DNA of 64,000 nt from an uncultured Actinomycetota bacterium (GTDB lineage: Bacteria; Actinomycetota; Actinomycetes; Mycobacteriales; Mycobacteriaceae). The position numbers were made by a program, and so were the translations under genes. The DNA lies in assembly GCA_963743225.1 (NCBI GenBank), contig CAVUPN010000010.1, positions 16,084 to 80,083 of the forward strand. Reading direction: 5' to 3'. Below the pieces are notes generated by a model. It was not told the origin of the DNA. It made no database searches and saw nothing but the letters and a program-made list of their open reading frames with translations. Below, in pieces: positions 12,846-23,215 of this stretch. Every line of letters begins with the position of its first letter. The stretch's first letter is position 1.

Positions 12846-13675
12846 AAGGCGTAGCGCAGAATCCGGGCCTTGCGGCGTCCCGTCTTGCTCATGCCCGACA
12901 GCTTGGTGGCCACCCGGATCCAGCCGGGAAACAGGTCGACTTCGGGAGCGTCGGTCAGGCTGGCCTCCTCGACGAGTTTCATGCGCGGATTCCAGGTCTC
13001 GGGGTGATGCGCGTCCTTGAATCCTGGATAGCCGAACTGGCTGCCGACGTCGGAGAACATCTTCTGCGGGTAGAGCTTGATCGCGACGCGGCTCACCCAG
13101 CCAATACGGCCGTAGTCGTTGAAGGAGAGCTCGCCGGAGCGGAAGTGGTCGGTGATGCGCCGGAAAATTCCGACGATCACCGGTTCGGAGAGGAATGCGA
13201 ACAGCCCGTCGGCGATCAGCATGGTCGGGCGATCCGCCGGGATGGCGTCGGGCCAGTGCTCGTCGGCCAACGACACCGGTACCGAATGTGATTGCGGGAC
13301 AGCAGGTAGCACCTCGTCGCGTAGCCCGGTGATGCCGGGTAGGTCGACGCTGTACCAGTCCACGGTCGACGGTGGTCCGACGCGGTAGAAGCCGCTGTCG
13401 AGGCCGGCGCCGAGGTCGACGACGACCGCGTCGGGGTGCTCGCTCACGAACGCCCGCACCCGGTCGTCGAGCATCTTGGCGCGCAACGCCGTCTGGCAGA
13501 CCACGCTGGTCTGCACGCCGAGGCCGGCGAAGTCGTAGTCGATTTTGCCGACCACCTCGTGCGCGAGCGTGTCACCCAGGATGGGTCGCGTCCACTGGCT
13601 GTCCAAGGCCCTGGCGTACTCGGTGAGAAACGCGGTCTGCTCGATTGGTGTCAGGCCGGTTGTCGCAATCCCCAT
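12842..13675 (-). CDS. Class I SAM-dependent methyltransferase (LCM/TcmP-like O-methyltransferase family)
   Basis: 277 aa. SAM motif I is [16 protein letters not shown]. Its stop codon overlaps the dnaE stop on the opposite strand. Confidence 0.75.
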   Translation of the reverse strand: MGIATTGLTPIEQTAFLTEYARALDSQWTRPILGDTLAHEVVGKIDYDFAGLGVQTSVVCQTALRAKMLDDRVRAFVSEHPDAVVVDLGAGLDSGFYRVGPPSTVDWYSVDLPGITGLRDEVLPAVPQSHSVPVSLADEHWPDAIPADRPTMLIADGLFAFLSEPVIVGIFRRITDHFRSGELSFNDYGRIGWVSRVAIKLYPQKMFSDVGSQFGYPGFKDAHHPETWNPRMKLVEEASLTDAPEVDLFPGWIRVATKLSGMSKTGRRKARILRYAF

Positions 13676-13711
13676 GTTCGCGAACGTACTCCTGTTCAGC
13701 GGCTGAACGAT

Positions 13712-14452
13712 TCAGCCCAAAACGTTCACTGCTCTGGAGATTACAAGCGCGGCAGTGGACAGCGCCACCATCGCCTGCACGGTCATCATCGCCTTGGCCC
13801 AGCGCGCCAGCGGCATGGTGTCGGTGGGGGAGAAGGCCATCACGTTGGTGACGCTGACGTACAGGTAGTCGACGAACGTCGGCCGCCAATCCGGCTTGGA
13901 AACGTTGGGAGTCGTCATCTGCGGGAACATGAAATCGGGATACGGCCGCTCGCCCTCGTGCCGGGCGAACGGGCCGCCGCGGTCGAGTTCCCAGTACCAG
14001 ATGCCGAACACGATGATGTTGGTGACGAAGATCGCCGCGCCGCTGCCGAGCAGCACGGCCGCCTTGTTGCTGACCTCGCCTGTGATGATGCGAACGTCCA
14101 ACATCACCGCTGACAGAGTGTTGTCGACGGTGATGGCTGCCAGCAGCACCCAGGTGGCGTACCTGCCCATCGTGGTGCGGCGCGACATTGTGAGCGGGTT
14201 GATGACCAGCAGGACGATCAGCAGCAGCACTTCCATCACCAGCAGCGGCCAGCGCGGGACGAGCGTGAGGCTCTTTGGGATGGCCACCTGCAGCGCGACG
14301 GCCGACAGCACTGCAACCAGAACCGGAAACGCGCTTTCCGGGTCGCCTGCGCGCAGCCACGACGGCACCCGCTTCTCGGCGTCGACCGCAAGTTCCTCGG
14401 CCCTGCGCGTCAGACCCTCGTGTGGGTGATGAGATTCCGGTGAACCGTCCAT
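13712..14452 (-). CDS. DUF1345 family membrane protein
   Basis: I trimmed ORF 13712..14581 to the ATG at 14452 (MDGSPESHH) so it does not run into the divergent fadD start. Multi-TM, with the conserved block FVDYLYVSVTNVMAFSPTD. Confidence 0.7.
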   Translation of the reverse strand: MDGSPESHHPHEGLTRRAEELAVDAEKRVPSWLRAGDPESAFPVLVAVLSAVALQVAIPKSLTLVPRWPLLVMEVLLLIVLLVINPLTMSRRTTMGRYATWVLLAAITVDNTLSAVMLDVRIITGEVSNKAAVLLGSGAAIFVTNIIVFGIWYWELDRGGPFARHEGERPYPDFMFPQMTTPNVSKPDWRPTFVDYLYVSVTNVMAFSPTDTMPLARWAKAMMTVQAMVALSTAALVISRAVNVLG

Positions 14453-14465
14453 CTCCTCAGTGTGA

Positions 14466-16307
14466 GTGCCTACGGTGGGAATCATGAGCACATCCGATCG
14501 GCCAGCCACCCTGTGTGAGGCCTTCCAGCGCACCGCCGCCATCGATCCCGACGCCGTAGCGATACGCACCGTGGGCGACACTCAGACCCTGACCTGGCGC
14601 GACTACGCCGCACAGGTTGAGCAAGTGGCGGCCGGACTCGCCGCTCTCGGGGTCCGGTCCGGCGACACTGTGTCGCTGATGATGGGCAACCGGATCGAGT
14701 TCTATCCGATCGATGTGGGTGCGCAGCACCTCGGCGCCACATCGTTCTCGGTGTACAACACGTTGGCCCCCGAGCAACTGGTCTACGTGTTCGACAACGC
14801 GGGCACCAAGGTCGTCATCTGCGAGGCGCAGTACGTCGACCGCATCCGGGCCAGCGGTGCGCCCATCGAACACATCGTCTGCATCGACGGCTCGCCAGAG
14901 GGAACGACGCCGATCGAGGATGTTCTGGCCGCCGGTGCCGACGACTTCGACTTCGAGTCCACGTGGCGGGCCGTGCAGCCCGACGACGTGGCCACCCTGA
15001 TCTATACCTCGGGCACGACGGGCAATCCGAAGGGCGTGGAGATGACGCACGCCAACCTTCTCTTCGAGACGTTCGCCGTCGGGGAAGTGCTGGGTATCGA
15101 GTTCGGTGATCGCATCACGTCGTTTCTTCCGTCGGCGCACATCGCCGACCGGTGGGGCTGCTTGTACAGCCAGGAAGGGTTCGGCAATCAGATCACCGTC
15201 GTTCCCGATGCCCGGGCCATCGCGGCGGCCCTGCCCGACGTGCGACCCACAATCTGGGGCGCGGTGCCCCGCGTGTGGGAGAAGCTCAAGGCGGCAATCG
15301 AATTCGCGGCCGAGAACGAACCCGACGAGATGAAGCGCCAGGGGTTGCAGTGGGGACTGTCGGTCGCCGCGAAGAAGGCCGGCGCATTGGTCGCAGGCGA
15401 ACCGGTGCCCGACGACGTCGCAGCCGAATGGGCGCAAGCCGACGAGTTGGTGCTGTCCAAGCTGCGGGAAAAGCTCGGGCTTGACCAGGTCCGGTGGACG
15501 GTGTCGGGTGCGGCTCCGATCCCGAAGGAGACCCTGGCCTTTTTCCTCGGCCTCGGGATACCCATCTGTGAGGTCTGGGGCATGTCGGAGCTGAGTTGCA
15601 TTGCGACGGTGAGTCATCCACGAGATGCGCGCATCGGTACTGTGGGCAAGCTGCTGCCCGGGATGGAGGGGCGCGTCGCCGACGACGGCGAATTCCTCAT
15701 CCGCGGGCCCCTGGTGATGAAGGGCTACCGCAAGGAGCCGCAAAAGACGGCGGAGGCCGTCGACGAAGACGGCTGGTTGCACACCGGCGACATCATGGAC
15801 GCCGATGAGGACGGCTACCTGAAGGTGGTCGACCGCAAGAAGGAAATAATCATCAACGCGGCTGGCAAGAACATGTCGCCCGCCAACATCGAGAACACCA
15901 TCAAGGCCGCGTGTCCGCTCGTCGGCGTGTTGCTCGTCATCGGCGATGCCCGCCCGTACAACACCGCGCTGATCGTCCTCGACGCCGAGTCGGCGGGCCC
16001 GTTCGCCGCGCAGCGGGGGCTCGCCGACGCATCGCCGGGGACGCTGGCGGCCGATCCAGGCGTGATCGCCGATATCGCGGCAGGCGTGGCTGAGGGCAAT
16101 TCGAAGTTGTCGAAGGTGGAGCAGATCAAACGTTTTCGGGTGCTGCCGACTTTCTGGGAACCCGGCGGTGACGAGATCACGCTGACGATGAAGCTCAAGC
16201 GCAAGCCAATCCACGAGAAGTACTGCGCCGAGATCGACGAACTCTATGCCTCCGACGTCGCCGATGCGGTGCACGAGCCGAAGGCGGCGGCAGGCGCTGC
16301 GCAGTGA
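14466..16307 (+). CDS. Long-chain fatty-acid--CoA ligase / AMP-dependent synthetase (FadD11-like)
   Basis: 613 aa. AMP-binding motif LIYTSGTTGNPKGV. The start is either GTG 14466 or ATG 14484. Confidence 0.85.
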   Translation: MPTVGIMSTSDRPATLCEAFQRTAAIDPDAVAIRTVGDTQTLTWRDYAAQVEQVAAGLAALGVRSGDTVSLMMGNRIEFYPIDVGAQHLGATSFSVYNTLAPEQLVYVFDNAGTKVVICEAQYVDRIRASGAPIEHIVCIDGSPEGTTPIEDVLAAGADDFDFESTWRAVQPDDVATLIYTSGTTGNPKGVEMTHANLLFETFAVGEVLGIEFGDRITSFLPSAHIADRWGCLYSQEGFGNQITVVPDARAIAAALPDVRPTIWGAVPRVWEKLKAAIEFAAENEPDEMKRQGLQWGLSVAAKKAGALVAGEPVPDDVAAEWAQADELVLSKLREKLGLDQVRWTVSGAAPIPKETLAFFLGLGIPICEVWGMSELSCIATVSHPRDARIGTVGKLLPGMEGRVADDGEFLIRGPLVMKGYRKEPQKTAEAVDEDGWLHTGDIMDADEDGYLKVVDRKKEIIINAAGKNMSPANIENTIKAACPLVGVLLVIGDARPYNTALIVLDAESAGPFAAQRGLADASPGTLAADPGVIADIAAGVAEGNSKLSKVEQIKRFRVLPTFWEPGGDEITLTMKLKRKPIHEKYCAEIDELYASDVADAVHEPKAAAGAAQ

Positions 16308-16714
16308 CTTCCGGGCCTTCCCGCCATGTCAGCGTGTGGATCGACGTCGCTCCCGAGGTCGTGTACGCCATCGCCGCCGACCCCGAGCAGATGCCGCGGT
16401 GGGCTGCCGGGCTCGCGGCGGGTGGGCTGCGGCAGACGGCGGACGGCTGGGTCGCCGATTCGCCGATGGGTCAGGTGACCGTCGAGTTCGCGCCGCCCAA
16501 CGACTACGGGGTGCTCGACCACGTGGTGCGGATGCCGTCGGGCGAGGCGGTGTACAACCCGCTGCGGGTGATCCCCGCGGGCGAGGGCCAGCCGCGTTGT
16601 GAGGTGGTGTTCACCGTGCGACGACGAGAAGGCATGACCGACGAGGAGTTCGAAAGCGACGTGGCGACGGTGACCGCCGACCTCGACCGGCTGCGACAGC
16701 TGGCCGAGGACTAG
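16304..16714 (+). CDS. SRPBCC (polyketide cyclase/START-like) family protein
   Basis: 136 aa. GTGA overlap with the fadD stop. HVSVWIDVAPEVVYAIAADPEQMPRW is a typical SRPBCC N-terminus. Confidence 0.65.
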   Translation: MTSGPSRHVSVWIDVAPEVVYAIAADPEQMPRWAAGLAAGGLRQTADGWVADSPMGQVTVEFAPPNDYGVLDHVVRMPSGEAVYNPLRVIPAGEGQPRCEVVFTVRRREGMTDEEFESDVATVTADLDRLRQLAED

Positions 16715-16905
16715 CGGCGTGAGGCTGCGACGCGCAGGCCGAGCCACACCGCAGTGGCCGTGGCGGCCGCGGTCAGCACAGCGGGCGCCGAGCTCGCGGT
16801 GACGACGCCGACCGCGATCAGCACAACGGCGCCGACCACAAGGGCGACCAGCTTGTACACCGGCCAGGGCACCCCGGCGATCAGCACTTCGTCGCGCACG
16901 GTCAT
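16711..16905 (-). CDS. Small hypothetical membrane protein
   Basis: I trimmed ORF 16711..16950 to the ATG at 16905. It has two hydrophobic helices (VALVVGAVVLIAVGVV, APAVLTAAATATAVWLGL). No family recognised. Confidence 0.35.
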   Translation of the reverse strand: MTVRDEVLIAGVPWPVYKLVALVVGAVVLIAVGVVTASSAPAVLTAAATATAVWLGLRVAASRR

Positions 16906-16993
16906 GGTTTCACGATAGCTCGTAAGCAATATTTCGGGCAACCGAAACACCGGATCAGGGCCGACAGTTTCCTAGTCGTCCTAATCTGGTGTC

Positions 16994-17428
16994 ATGCCAC
17001 TTTCCGGAGAATATGAGCCCAGCGCGTCCGAGTGGGTCCGCGACCACGTCGAGAAGATCGAGGAGTCCGGCGGCAGCGACGCCGAGATGCAGGGCAAGCC
17101 CGTCATCCTGCTGACCACCATCGGGGCCAAGAGCGGCAAGATCCGCAAGACCCCGCTGATGCGGGTCGAGCACGACGGCGAATACGCGGTGGTGGCATCG
17201 CTGGGTGGCGCTCCGAACAATCCGGTCTGGTACTACAACGTCAAGAAGAACCCGCGCGTCGAGCTGCAGGACGGCTCCGACACCGGTGACTACGAGGCCC
17301 GCGAGGTTTTCGGCGACGAGAAGGCCACCTGGTGGGGGCGGGCGGTCGAGGCCTGGCCCGACTACGCCGACTACCAGAAGAAGACCGACCGGCAGATCCC
17401 GGTCTTCGTGCTCACGCCGGTCAGCTGA
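16994..17428 (+). CDS. Deazaflavin (F420)-dependent nitroreductase family protein (Rv1558/Ddn-like)
   Basis: 144 aa. The block [32 protein letters not shown] is diagnostic of the F420H2-dependent split beta-barrel family. Confidence 0.85.
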   Translation: MPLSGEYEPSASEWVRDHVEKIEESGGSDAEMQGKPVILLTTIGAKSGKIRKTPLMRVEHDGEYAVVASLGGAPNNPVWYYNVKKNPRVELQDGSDTGDYEAREVFGDEKATWWGRAVEAWPDYADYQKKTDRQIPVFVLTPVS

Positions 17429-17470
17429 ACCCGTTTTGGCAGGAAAACCCCTAGATGGCACCATTGATCG

Positions 17471-18754
17471 GTGTCCGCTGAACTGAGCCAGACCCCTCGC
17501 ACGTCGCCGCCGCTGTCCGCGGCCGACATCGACGGGGCCGTTCAGCGAATTTCCGGCGTGGTGGCACGCAGTCCGCTGCAGCTCTCCGAACGGCTGTCGG
17601 CAGCGACCGGCGCCCGGGTTTTCCTCAAGCGTGAAGACCTGCAGACCGTGCGGTCCTACAAGCTGCGCGGCGCCTACAACCTGCTGATGCAGCTGTCCGA
17701 GGCCGAGATCGCCGCCGGGGTGGTGTGCTCGTCGGCGGGCAATCACGCCCAGGGTTTCGCGCTGGCGTGCCGGTCGATGGGGATCCGCGGCCGGGTCTAC
17801 GTGCCGGTCAAGACGCCGAAGCAGAAACGCGACCGCATCCGCTATCACGGCGGCGAGTACATCGAGCTCATCGCCATCGGCTCCACGTACGACGACGCCG
17901 CGGCGGCCGCGCTCGAGGACGTCGCGCGCACCGGTGCAACCCTGGTGCCGCCGTACGACGATCCGCGCACGATGGCCGGGCAGGGCACCATCGCCGCCGA
18001 GCTGCTCGAGCAGCTCGAGGGCGAGCCGGACGTGGTGATCGTTCCGGTCGGCGGTGGCGGCTGCATCGCGGGCATCACCACCTACCTGGCCGAGCGGACC
18101 GCGAGCACATCGGTGTTGGGCATCGAGCCGGCCGGCGCCGCCGCGATGATCGCCGCACTGGCGGCGGGCCAACCGGTCACGCTCGACCACGTCGACCAGT
18201 TCGTCGACGGCGCCGCGGTGAATCGGGCAGGCACGTTGACCTACGCCGCACTTGCGGCCGCCGGTGACATGGTCTCGATCACCACCGTCGACGAGGGCGC
18301 GGTGTGCACGGCCATGCTGGACCTGTACCAAAACGAGGGCATCATCGCCGAGCCGGCGGGCGCGCTGTCGGTGGCCGGCCTGCTGGAGGCCGAGATCGAG
18401 CCGGACTCCACCGTGGTGTGCCTGATCTCCGGCGGCAACAACGACGTGTCCCGCTACGGCGAGGTGCTGGAGCGGTCGCTTGTCCACCTCGGACTCAAGC
18501 ACTACTTCCTGGTCGACTTCCCGCAGGAGCCGGGCGCGTTGCGGCGCTTCCTCGACGAGGTGCTCGGCCCTGGCGACGACATCACGCTGTTCGAGTATGT
18601 CAAGCGCAACAACCGGGAAACGGGGGAGGCGCTGGTCGGCATCGAACTCACATCGGCCGCCGACCTGGACGGGCTGCTTGCCCGGATGCGGGCATCCGAC
18701 ATTCATATCGAGGAACTCGAGCCGGGCTCGCCGGCGTATCGCTACCTGCTCTAG
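17471..18754 (+). CDS. ilvA: Threonine ammonia-lyase (biosynthetic threonine dehydratase)
   Basis: 427 aa. PLP-lysine context QTVRSYKLRGAYN, glycine loop VPVGGGGCIAG, and a C-terminal ACT-like regulatory domain. Confidence 0.92.
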   Translation: MSAELSQTPRTSPPLSAADIDGAVQRISGVVARSPLQLSERLSAATGARVFLKREDLQTVRSYKLRGAYNLLMQLSEAEIAAGVVCSSAGNHAQGFALACRSMGIRGRVYVPVKTPKQKRDRIRYHGGEYIELIAIGSTYDDAAAAALEDVARTGATLVPPYDDPRTMAGQGTIAAELLEQLEGEPDVVIVPVGGGGCIAGITTYLAERTASTSVLGIEPAGAAAMIAALAAGQPVTLDHVDQFVDGAAVNRAGTLTYAALAAAGDMVSITTVDEGAVCTAMLDLYQNEGIIAEPAGALSVAGLLEAEIEPDSTVVCLISGGNNDVSRYGEVLERSLVHLGLKHYFLVDFPQEPGALRRFLDEVLGPGDDITLFEYVKRNNRETGEALVGIELTSAADLDGLLARMRASDIHIEELEPGSPAYRYLL

Positions 18755-19140
18755 GACGGTGAGACGACGACAAGGCCTGCGTCGGTAGCGGCGTCAGCTA
18801 GGCGCCTGTCATAGGTAACGAGCGCGCGCAGTTCGGGCACGGACATCGCCGCAGCGAGGTGGATCGCATCGAGAGTGCGTAGCTCAGGCGGCGTGATCGC
18901 CGCCGCGACATCGAGCACGCTTGTCGTCATCGCGACAAAGTTGAGTCCCGCCAGCGCGGTACGTGCGTTCTCGACGGCAGCACCGCGACGGGCCACGGCG
19001 CGCGGCAATTCCGTGCGGGCAATCGCGGCGGATAGCCGGTTGTCGCCCGAGAAGCCCGCCAAATACTGTGCCAGCGCGAGCGACTCAGGCTCTTCGATGA
19101 CGATCTTCACAAGCGCCGACGAGTCGACGTAGATATTCAC
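18751..19140 (-). CDS. vapC: Type II toxin VapC (PIN-domain ribonuclease)
   Basis: 129 aa from the GTG at 19140 (VNIYVDSSALV...). PIN acidic residues are present (D in YVDSS, E in ARTELPRA, D in LDAIHLAAA). GTGA overlap with the antitoxin stop. Confidence 0.85.
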   Translation of the reverse strand: MNIYVDSSALVKIVIEEPESLALAQYLAGFSGDNRLSAAIARTELPRAVARRGAAVENARTALAGLNFVAMTTSVLDVAAAITPPELRTLDAIHLAAAMSVPELRALVTYDRRLADAATDAGLVVVSPS

Positions 19141-19403
19141 GGGCGGTCTTCGCGCTGCCGCTGCAATTCTGCTGAGGCGTCGAAATCGACACTGATCGGC
19201 ACGATGTCCTCTAGGGCACCCGGCGACTCCGCCGGAATGATGTCGCCGCGCAGGATCATGTCTTCCCAGGTGTCGGGACGGGCGGGAACTATGCGGGCCA
19301 CCAGCCGACCTCGTTGGGTTACCTCGACGGTTTCCCCGCGTGCCACACGCGCGATGTATCGGCTCGCGTTCTGGCGCAGTTCCCGAAGCCCGATGCGCTC
19401 CAT
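19137..19403 (-). CDS. vapB: Type II antitoxin (Phd/YefM-like VapB)
   Basis: 88 aa from the ATG at 19403. MERIGLRELRQNASRYIARVARGETVEVTQRGRLVARIVP is a typical Phd/YefM fold N-terminus. The longer ORF to 19685 is not supported. Confidence 0.75.
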   Translation of the reverse strand: MERIGLRELRQNASRYIARVARGETVEVTQRGRLVARIVPARPDTWEDMILRGDIIPAESPGALEDIVPISVDFDASAELQRQREDRP

Positions 19404-20044
19404 GTAGCACATGGTAGCACTTAGCTTACCGCTTCCAATGGCGGCTGCCAACTGCACCAACGCATCGTCGTTGGCGCGGAAGATCGGCTCCAGCGTTACC
19501 CCGCGCTCCTTGGCCGCGCCGGTCAGCAATGACGACCGCTGGCGGTCCGCGAGATCGACGTTGGCGTGGCGGCGATTCGAACTTATCTGTATTGAGGACC
19601 CCCGCAAGTGGTGTGAGTCCATTGTTTTGTTTGGGTCCTCGCTGTCGGCCCATGCTTGGGGGGGTTGACCGTGGTCGGGGGTCAAGGTGGAGCGCCCGCA
19701 GCGCCAGCGAGGACGAACGACCTTGACGCCGACGAGGTCGAGCGCATGCTGTTGGGCGGGGGCGGCGAGGAACTGCTGGTGTTCAAGTCATGTGCTGCCT
19801 CCGGTGGTGGGAGAGGTGTTGTTGTGCGCATGTTGGGGCGTGCCGGCGCCCAGACTTATCTGGGTCCGCGGACAAGGTCCGGCGACATGATGAGGATGGG
19901 GTGCCCGGCGCGCGGGCTAGTGAGGGTTGCGGCCGCTCAGTCTTTCCAGGACGTCCACCCTGGGGATGGGTGGCGACAGTTCGAGTTAGGGAGCGAGTCG
20001 CAGGCATCAGGTGATTGGTGAGCACGGCACGCGCACAGCGCATT

Positions 20045-20530
20045 TCAGGCGACCTGTGGTTCCGGGGTCGGCGGCGCTAGCGCGGCATCGCCGAGCTCAC
20101 GCAGGGTGTGGTAGCAGCGGCACAGCAGCTTACGTTCGACCGCCAGGGTGGGGTTTTTGCCGCTGGCTTGTTTCGTGCCGCGCATCCGCTGGGCCACCTG
20201 GTGGTAGTAGGCGTAATCCGGTGAGCCGGGCCGGGCGGCGCATTTGGCCGCCTCATAGGCTGCCCACCGCAGCGCGGGTGAGCCCTGCTTGGAGAGGTGC
20301 CCCGGGGTGCGTTTGCCATCGGAGGAATACACAGTGACGTCCAGCCCGGCAAAGCGCACCAGCTGATCGGAACTGGAGAACCGGCGGGCGTCGCCGATCT
20401 CAGCCCAGATGATGGCCGCGCACAACCAGCCCACCCCGAAATGGTGGGCTTGCAGTGCCCGGCAACCGGGCTGGCGCTTGGCCAAGTCCACAGCAGTCGG
20501 TTGGCAGTGAGTCGTCAATGGGGTCCGTGA
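20045..20530 (-). mobile_element. IS110-family transposase relic (C-terminal part only)
   Basis: The C-terminal 150 aa of ORF 20045..20626 read ...AAIIWAEIGDARRFSSSDQLVRFAGLDVTVYSSDGKRTPGHLSKQGSPALRWAAYEAAKCA..., the Transposase_20 domain of IS110 elements. There is no DEDD N-terminal domain upstream. Confidence 0.65.
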
Positions 20531-20872
20531 GCGGTCCCGCCAATCGCTGGCGGCATATCGGCGGCCGAAGCTGCATCGGGGACTCTGTGGCCCGCGTCGA
20601 TCGGCTGGATGCCCGGACTTCGGCATGCGTCAATCGGCCATTCGCATCAGCACCTACTCGGTTCGTGCGGTAACCGAGCCTGCACAGCCGTCTGCGGCCA
20701 CGACAGCACTCAATTCCGTCGGCGACCGGCAGCAGTCCCTTTACGGCAAACGAGGGCGTGTTGAAGTTGAGGCAAATGCCTCATGCGCCGAAGTACCGGG
20801 CCCGACGAGCATCGATGCATACGGACCCGACGGACTTGCGGGTGGCGAGACGGCCCCGACGAAAGGCGAGAA

Positions 20873-21259
20873 ATGACGTCGACACATCGCATCGCCTACC
20901 TGCACCGCCTCGTGCCCGCCGCGCTTTTGGCGGTCGCAGCCACACTCGGCGGCAGCGCAATCGGTGAACCCGCAATCGTGCGTGCCGCACCCACCGAAGA
21001 CCCGGAGTGGGACATCGATAAGTACGACCAGTGCATGCGAATTTCTTACAACCGCGCGCAGTGCTGCATCGAATCCGGCGGAGTGTTGATCCCTCCGAAC
21101 GCGGGCGGTGTGTGCCACGCGCCGCCGATCCCAGGCGCTGGCCCAGCCGGTGCGCTACCCGCACCGCCGTCGTCACCGCCCGAGGTGGTCTCCCGCCCCG
21201 GGGTGACCCCGGCTCAGGACGCGGCGACGCAAACACCGCCCCGTCTGCGCGGGTGGTGA
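20873..21259 (+). CDS. Hypothetical small secreted Cys- and Pro-rich protein
   Basis: ATG at 20873 preceded by GAAAGGCGAG. Signal-peptide-like MTSTHRIAYLHRLVPAALLAVAATLGGSAIGEPAIVRA, then a Cys-containing core (CMRISYNRAQCC, GGVC) and a Pro-rich tail. No family recognised. Confidence 0.45.
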   Translation: MTSTHRIAYLHRLVPAALLAVAATLGGSAIGEPAIVRAAPTEDPEWDIDKYDQCMRISYNRAQCCIESGGVLIPPNAGGVCHAPPIPGAGPAGALPAPPSSPPEVVSRPGVTPAQDAATQTPPRLRGW

Positions 21260-21353
21260 CCTTCACGCCAGTGCCGGCCAACCCGGGCTGTGTCGGGAGT
21301 CGTTATTCCGTCGACACTCTGCCATTGCCGTAAATGGGGGTGGACTTGGACGG

Positions 21354-21410
21354 CGAGATCGACGTTAGCGTGCAGCTCACTCGCATTTCGTAACGCTAAC
21401 GTCGATCTCG
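21354..21410. repeat. Perfect 17-bp inverted repeat (18 bp with a T-A closing pair) around a 21-nt loop; possible bidirectional terminator
   Basis: CGAGATCGACGTTAGCG at 21354-21370 pairs with CGCTAACGTCGATCTCG at 21394-21410. It lies between convergent gene ends (21259 on + and 21465 on -). No T-tract follows. Confidence 0.6.
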
Positions 21411-21464
21411 AACAAGACTCGTCCGGACACAGGAGAGCTGCTTCGGATTTAATTGCTCACGACA

Positions 21465-23215
21465 CTAGGAACGGGCGAGAAGGGGGCCGGATAGGACTTC
21501 GCGCAGGATTGCAAACGAATGCCCCTGCAACCGCGTGGATTTCGCGTCGACCGTCGGCTCGCCCCAGGCCAGCACGGGCTCGCCGGTGATCGGGACGACG
21601 ACATCGTCGGAGTTCAGGTTGCACGCGATGGCCAGTGAGCCGCGGTGCATGACGATCCAGCGCTGCTTCTTCGTCGTAGTCGACCTTCAGATGGTCCAGC
21701 CACGGGTCGGCCATGTCGGGCTCGGTGCCGCCGGAGCGCGATGAGCGCGTGGTAGATCCGTCGCAGCCGGCCATGGTCGCCGTCGTCGATCTCGTCCCAG
21801 TTCAGCTTCGACCGCCGGAAGGTCTCGGGATCCTGCGGGTCGGGGATTTCGTCGGCGTCCCAACCGTGTTCGGCGAACTCCCGTCTACGCCCTTCGGCGG
21901 TGGCCCTGGCCAACTCGGGTTCGGGATGGCTGCTGAAGAACTGGAACGGGCTCGACGACCCCCACTCTTCACCCATGAAAAGCAGTGCCGTATAGGGCGA
22001 TCCGAGTGCGAGCGCGGCCTTCACTGCGAGCTGGCCCGATGTCAGATTCTGTGACGGCCGGTCGCCGATCGCCCGGTTGCCGACCTGGTCGTGCGTCAGC
22101 GTGTAGGCCAGTAGCCGGGTGGCCGGGATGGTCGCCGTGTCCAGTGGGCGGCCGTGGCGCCGGTGCCGGAATGACGAATACGTGCCCGCGTGGTAGTAGC
22201 CGTGCTTGAGCGTCTGCGCCAGCGTCTCCAGGGATCCGAAGTCGCCGTAGTAGCCCTGGCGTTCACCAGACACCGCGGCGTGGATGGCGTGGTGGATGTC
22301 GTCGTCCCACTGCGCGGTCATGCCAAGGCCGCCGCGGTCCCGTGGGGTGATCAGGCGCGGGTCATTGCGGTCGCTCTCGGCGATCAGCGACAGCGGCCTG
22401 TCGAGATCTTCTGCCAGCAACGCGGTTTCGGCCGATAACTCCTCCAGGATGTTGAGCGCGGTGGTGTCCACCAGCGCGTGCACGGCGTCCAGCCGCAGGC
22501 CGTCGGCGTGGAAGTCGCGCATCCACCGCAGGGCACAGTCGATGATGTAGCGGCGCACCTCGTCGGCGTCCGCGTCGGAGATGTTGATCGACTCGCCCCA
22601 CGGGTTGCTGCCCGACGACAGGTACGGGCCGAACCTCGGCAGGTAGTTGCCCGACGGGCCGAGGTGGTTGAACACCGCGTCGATCAGCACGCCGAGGCCG
22701 CGGGCATGGCAGGCATCGATGAGCCGGACCAGTGCGTCGGGCCCGCCGTACGGCTCGTGCACGGCATACCAGAGCACACCGTCATAGCCCCAGCCGTGCG
22801 TGCCGCCGAACGCGTTGACCGGCATCAACTCGACGAAGTCCACGCCCAGATCGACCAGATAGTCCAGTTTTTCGATGGTGGAGTCGAAGGTGCCTGCGGG
22901 GGAGAAGGTGCCGACGTGCAGTTCATAGATCACCCGGCCCTCGATCGAGCGGCCTTGCCAGCCGCCGTCCGTCCACGCGTCCGGTGCCGGCTGCCACAGT
23001 TGCGACCGTTCGTGCACTCCATCGGGCTGCCGTGGTGACCGAGGATCGGGCAGGACCGTTGGGTCGTCGTCGAGTACGAACCCGTAGCGAGCATCCGGCC
23101 GCGTGTCGACGCCCGCGCGCCACCACTCGCCGGAGCGGGTCATCGGGTGCAACGTTCCGTCGACGTCGAGACGCACTCTCTCGGGGCGCGGTGCCCACAC
23201 CGAGAATTCAGTCAT
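21465..23215 (-). pseudogene. treZ: Malto-oligosyltrehalose trehalohydrolase with two C-terminal frameshifts
   Basis: The body is in ORF 21614..23215 (GH13 core, ...RLRRIYHALIALRR). The conserved tail continues in ORF 21457..21774 (EPDMADPWLDHLKVDYDEE) and then in ORF 21465..21650 (RGSLAIACNL...GHSFAILR). Shifts are near 21730 and 21665. Confidence 0.85.

Noticed and set aside
19570-19592. GATTCGAAC, a tRNA T-loop-like string
   Set aside because: The flanking bases cannot form a T-stem, and there is no acceptor or anticodon arm on either strand. It is not a tRNA or a tRNA fragment that I can support.
19404-19685. N-terminal extension of the vapB ORF (…NVDLADRQRSSLLTGAAKERGVTLEPIFRANDDALVQLAAAIG…), considered as a second antitoxin relic
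   Set aside because: I could not match it convincingly to an RHH, TacA or other antitoxin family by eye. The canonical Phd/YefM antitoxin starts at 19403, so I treat this stretch as non-coding scar.
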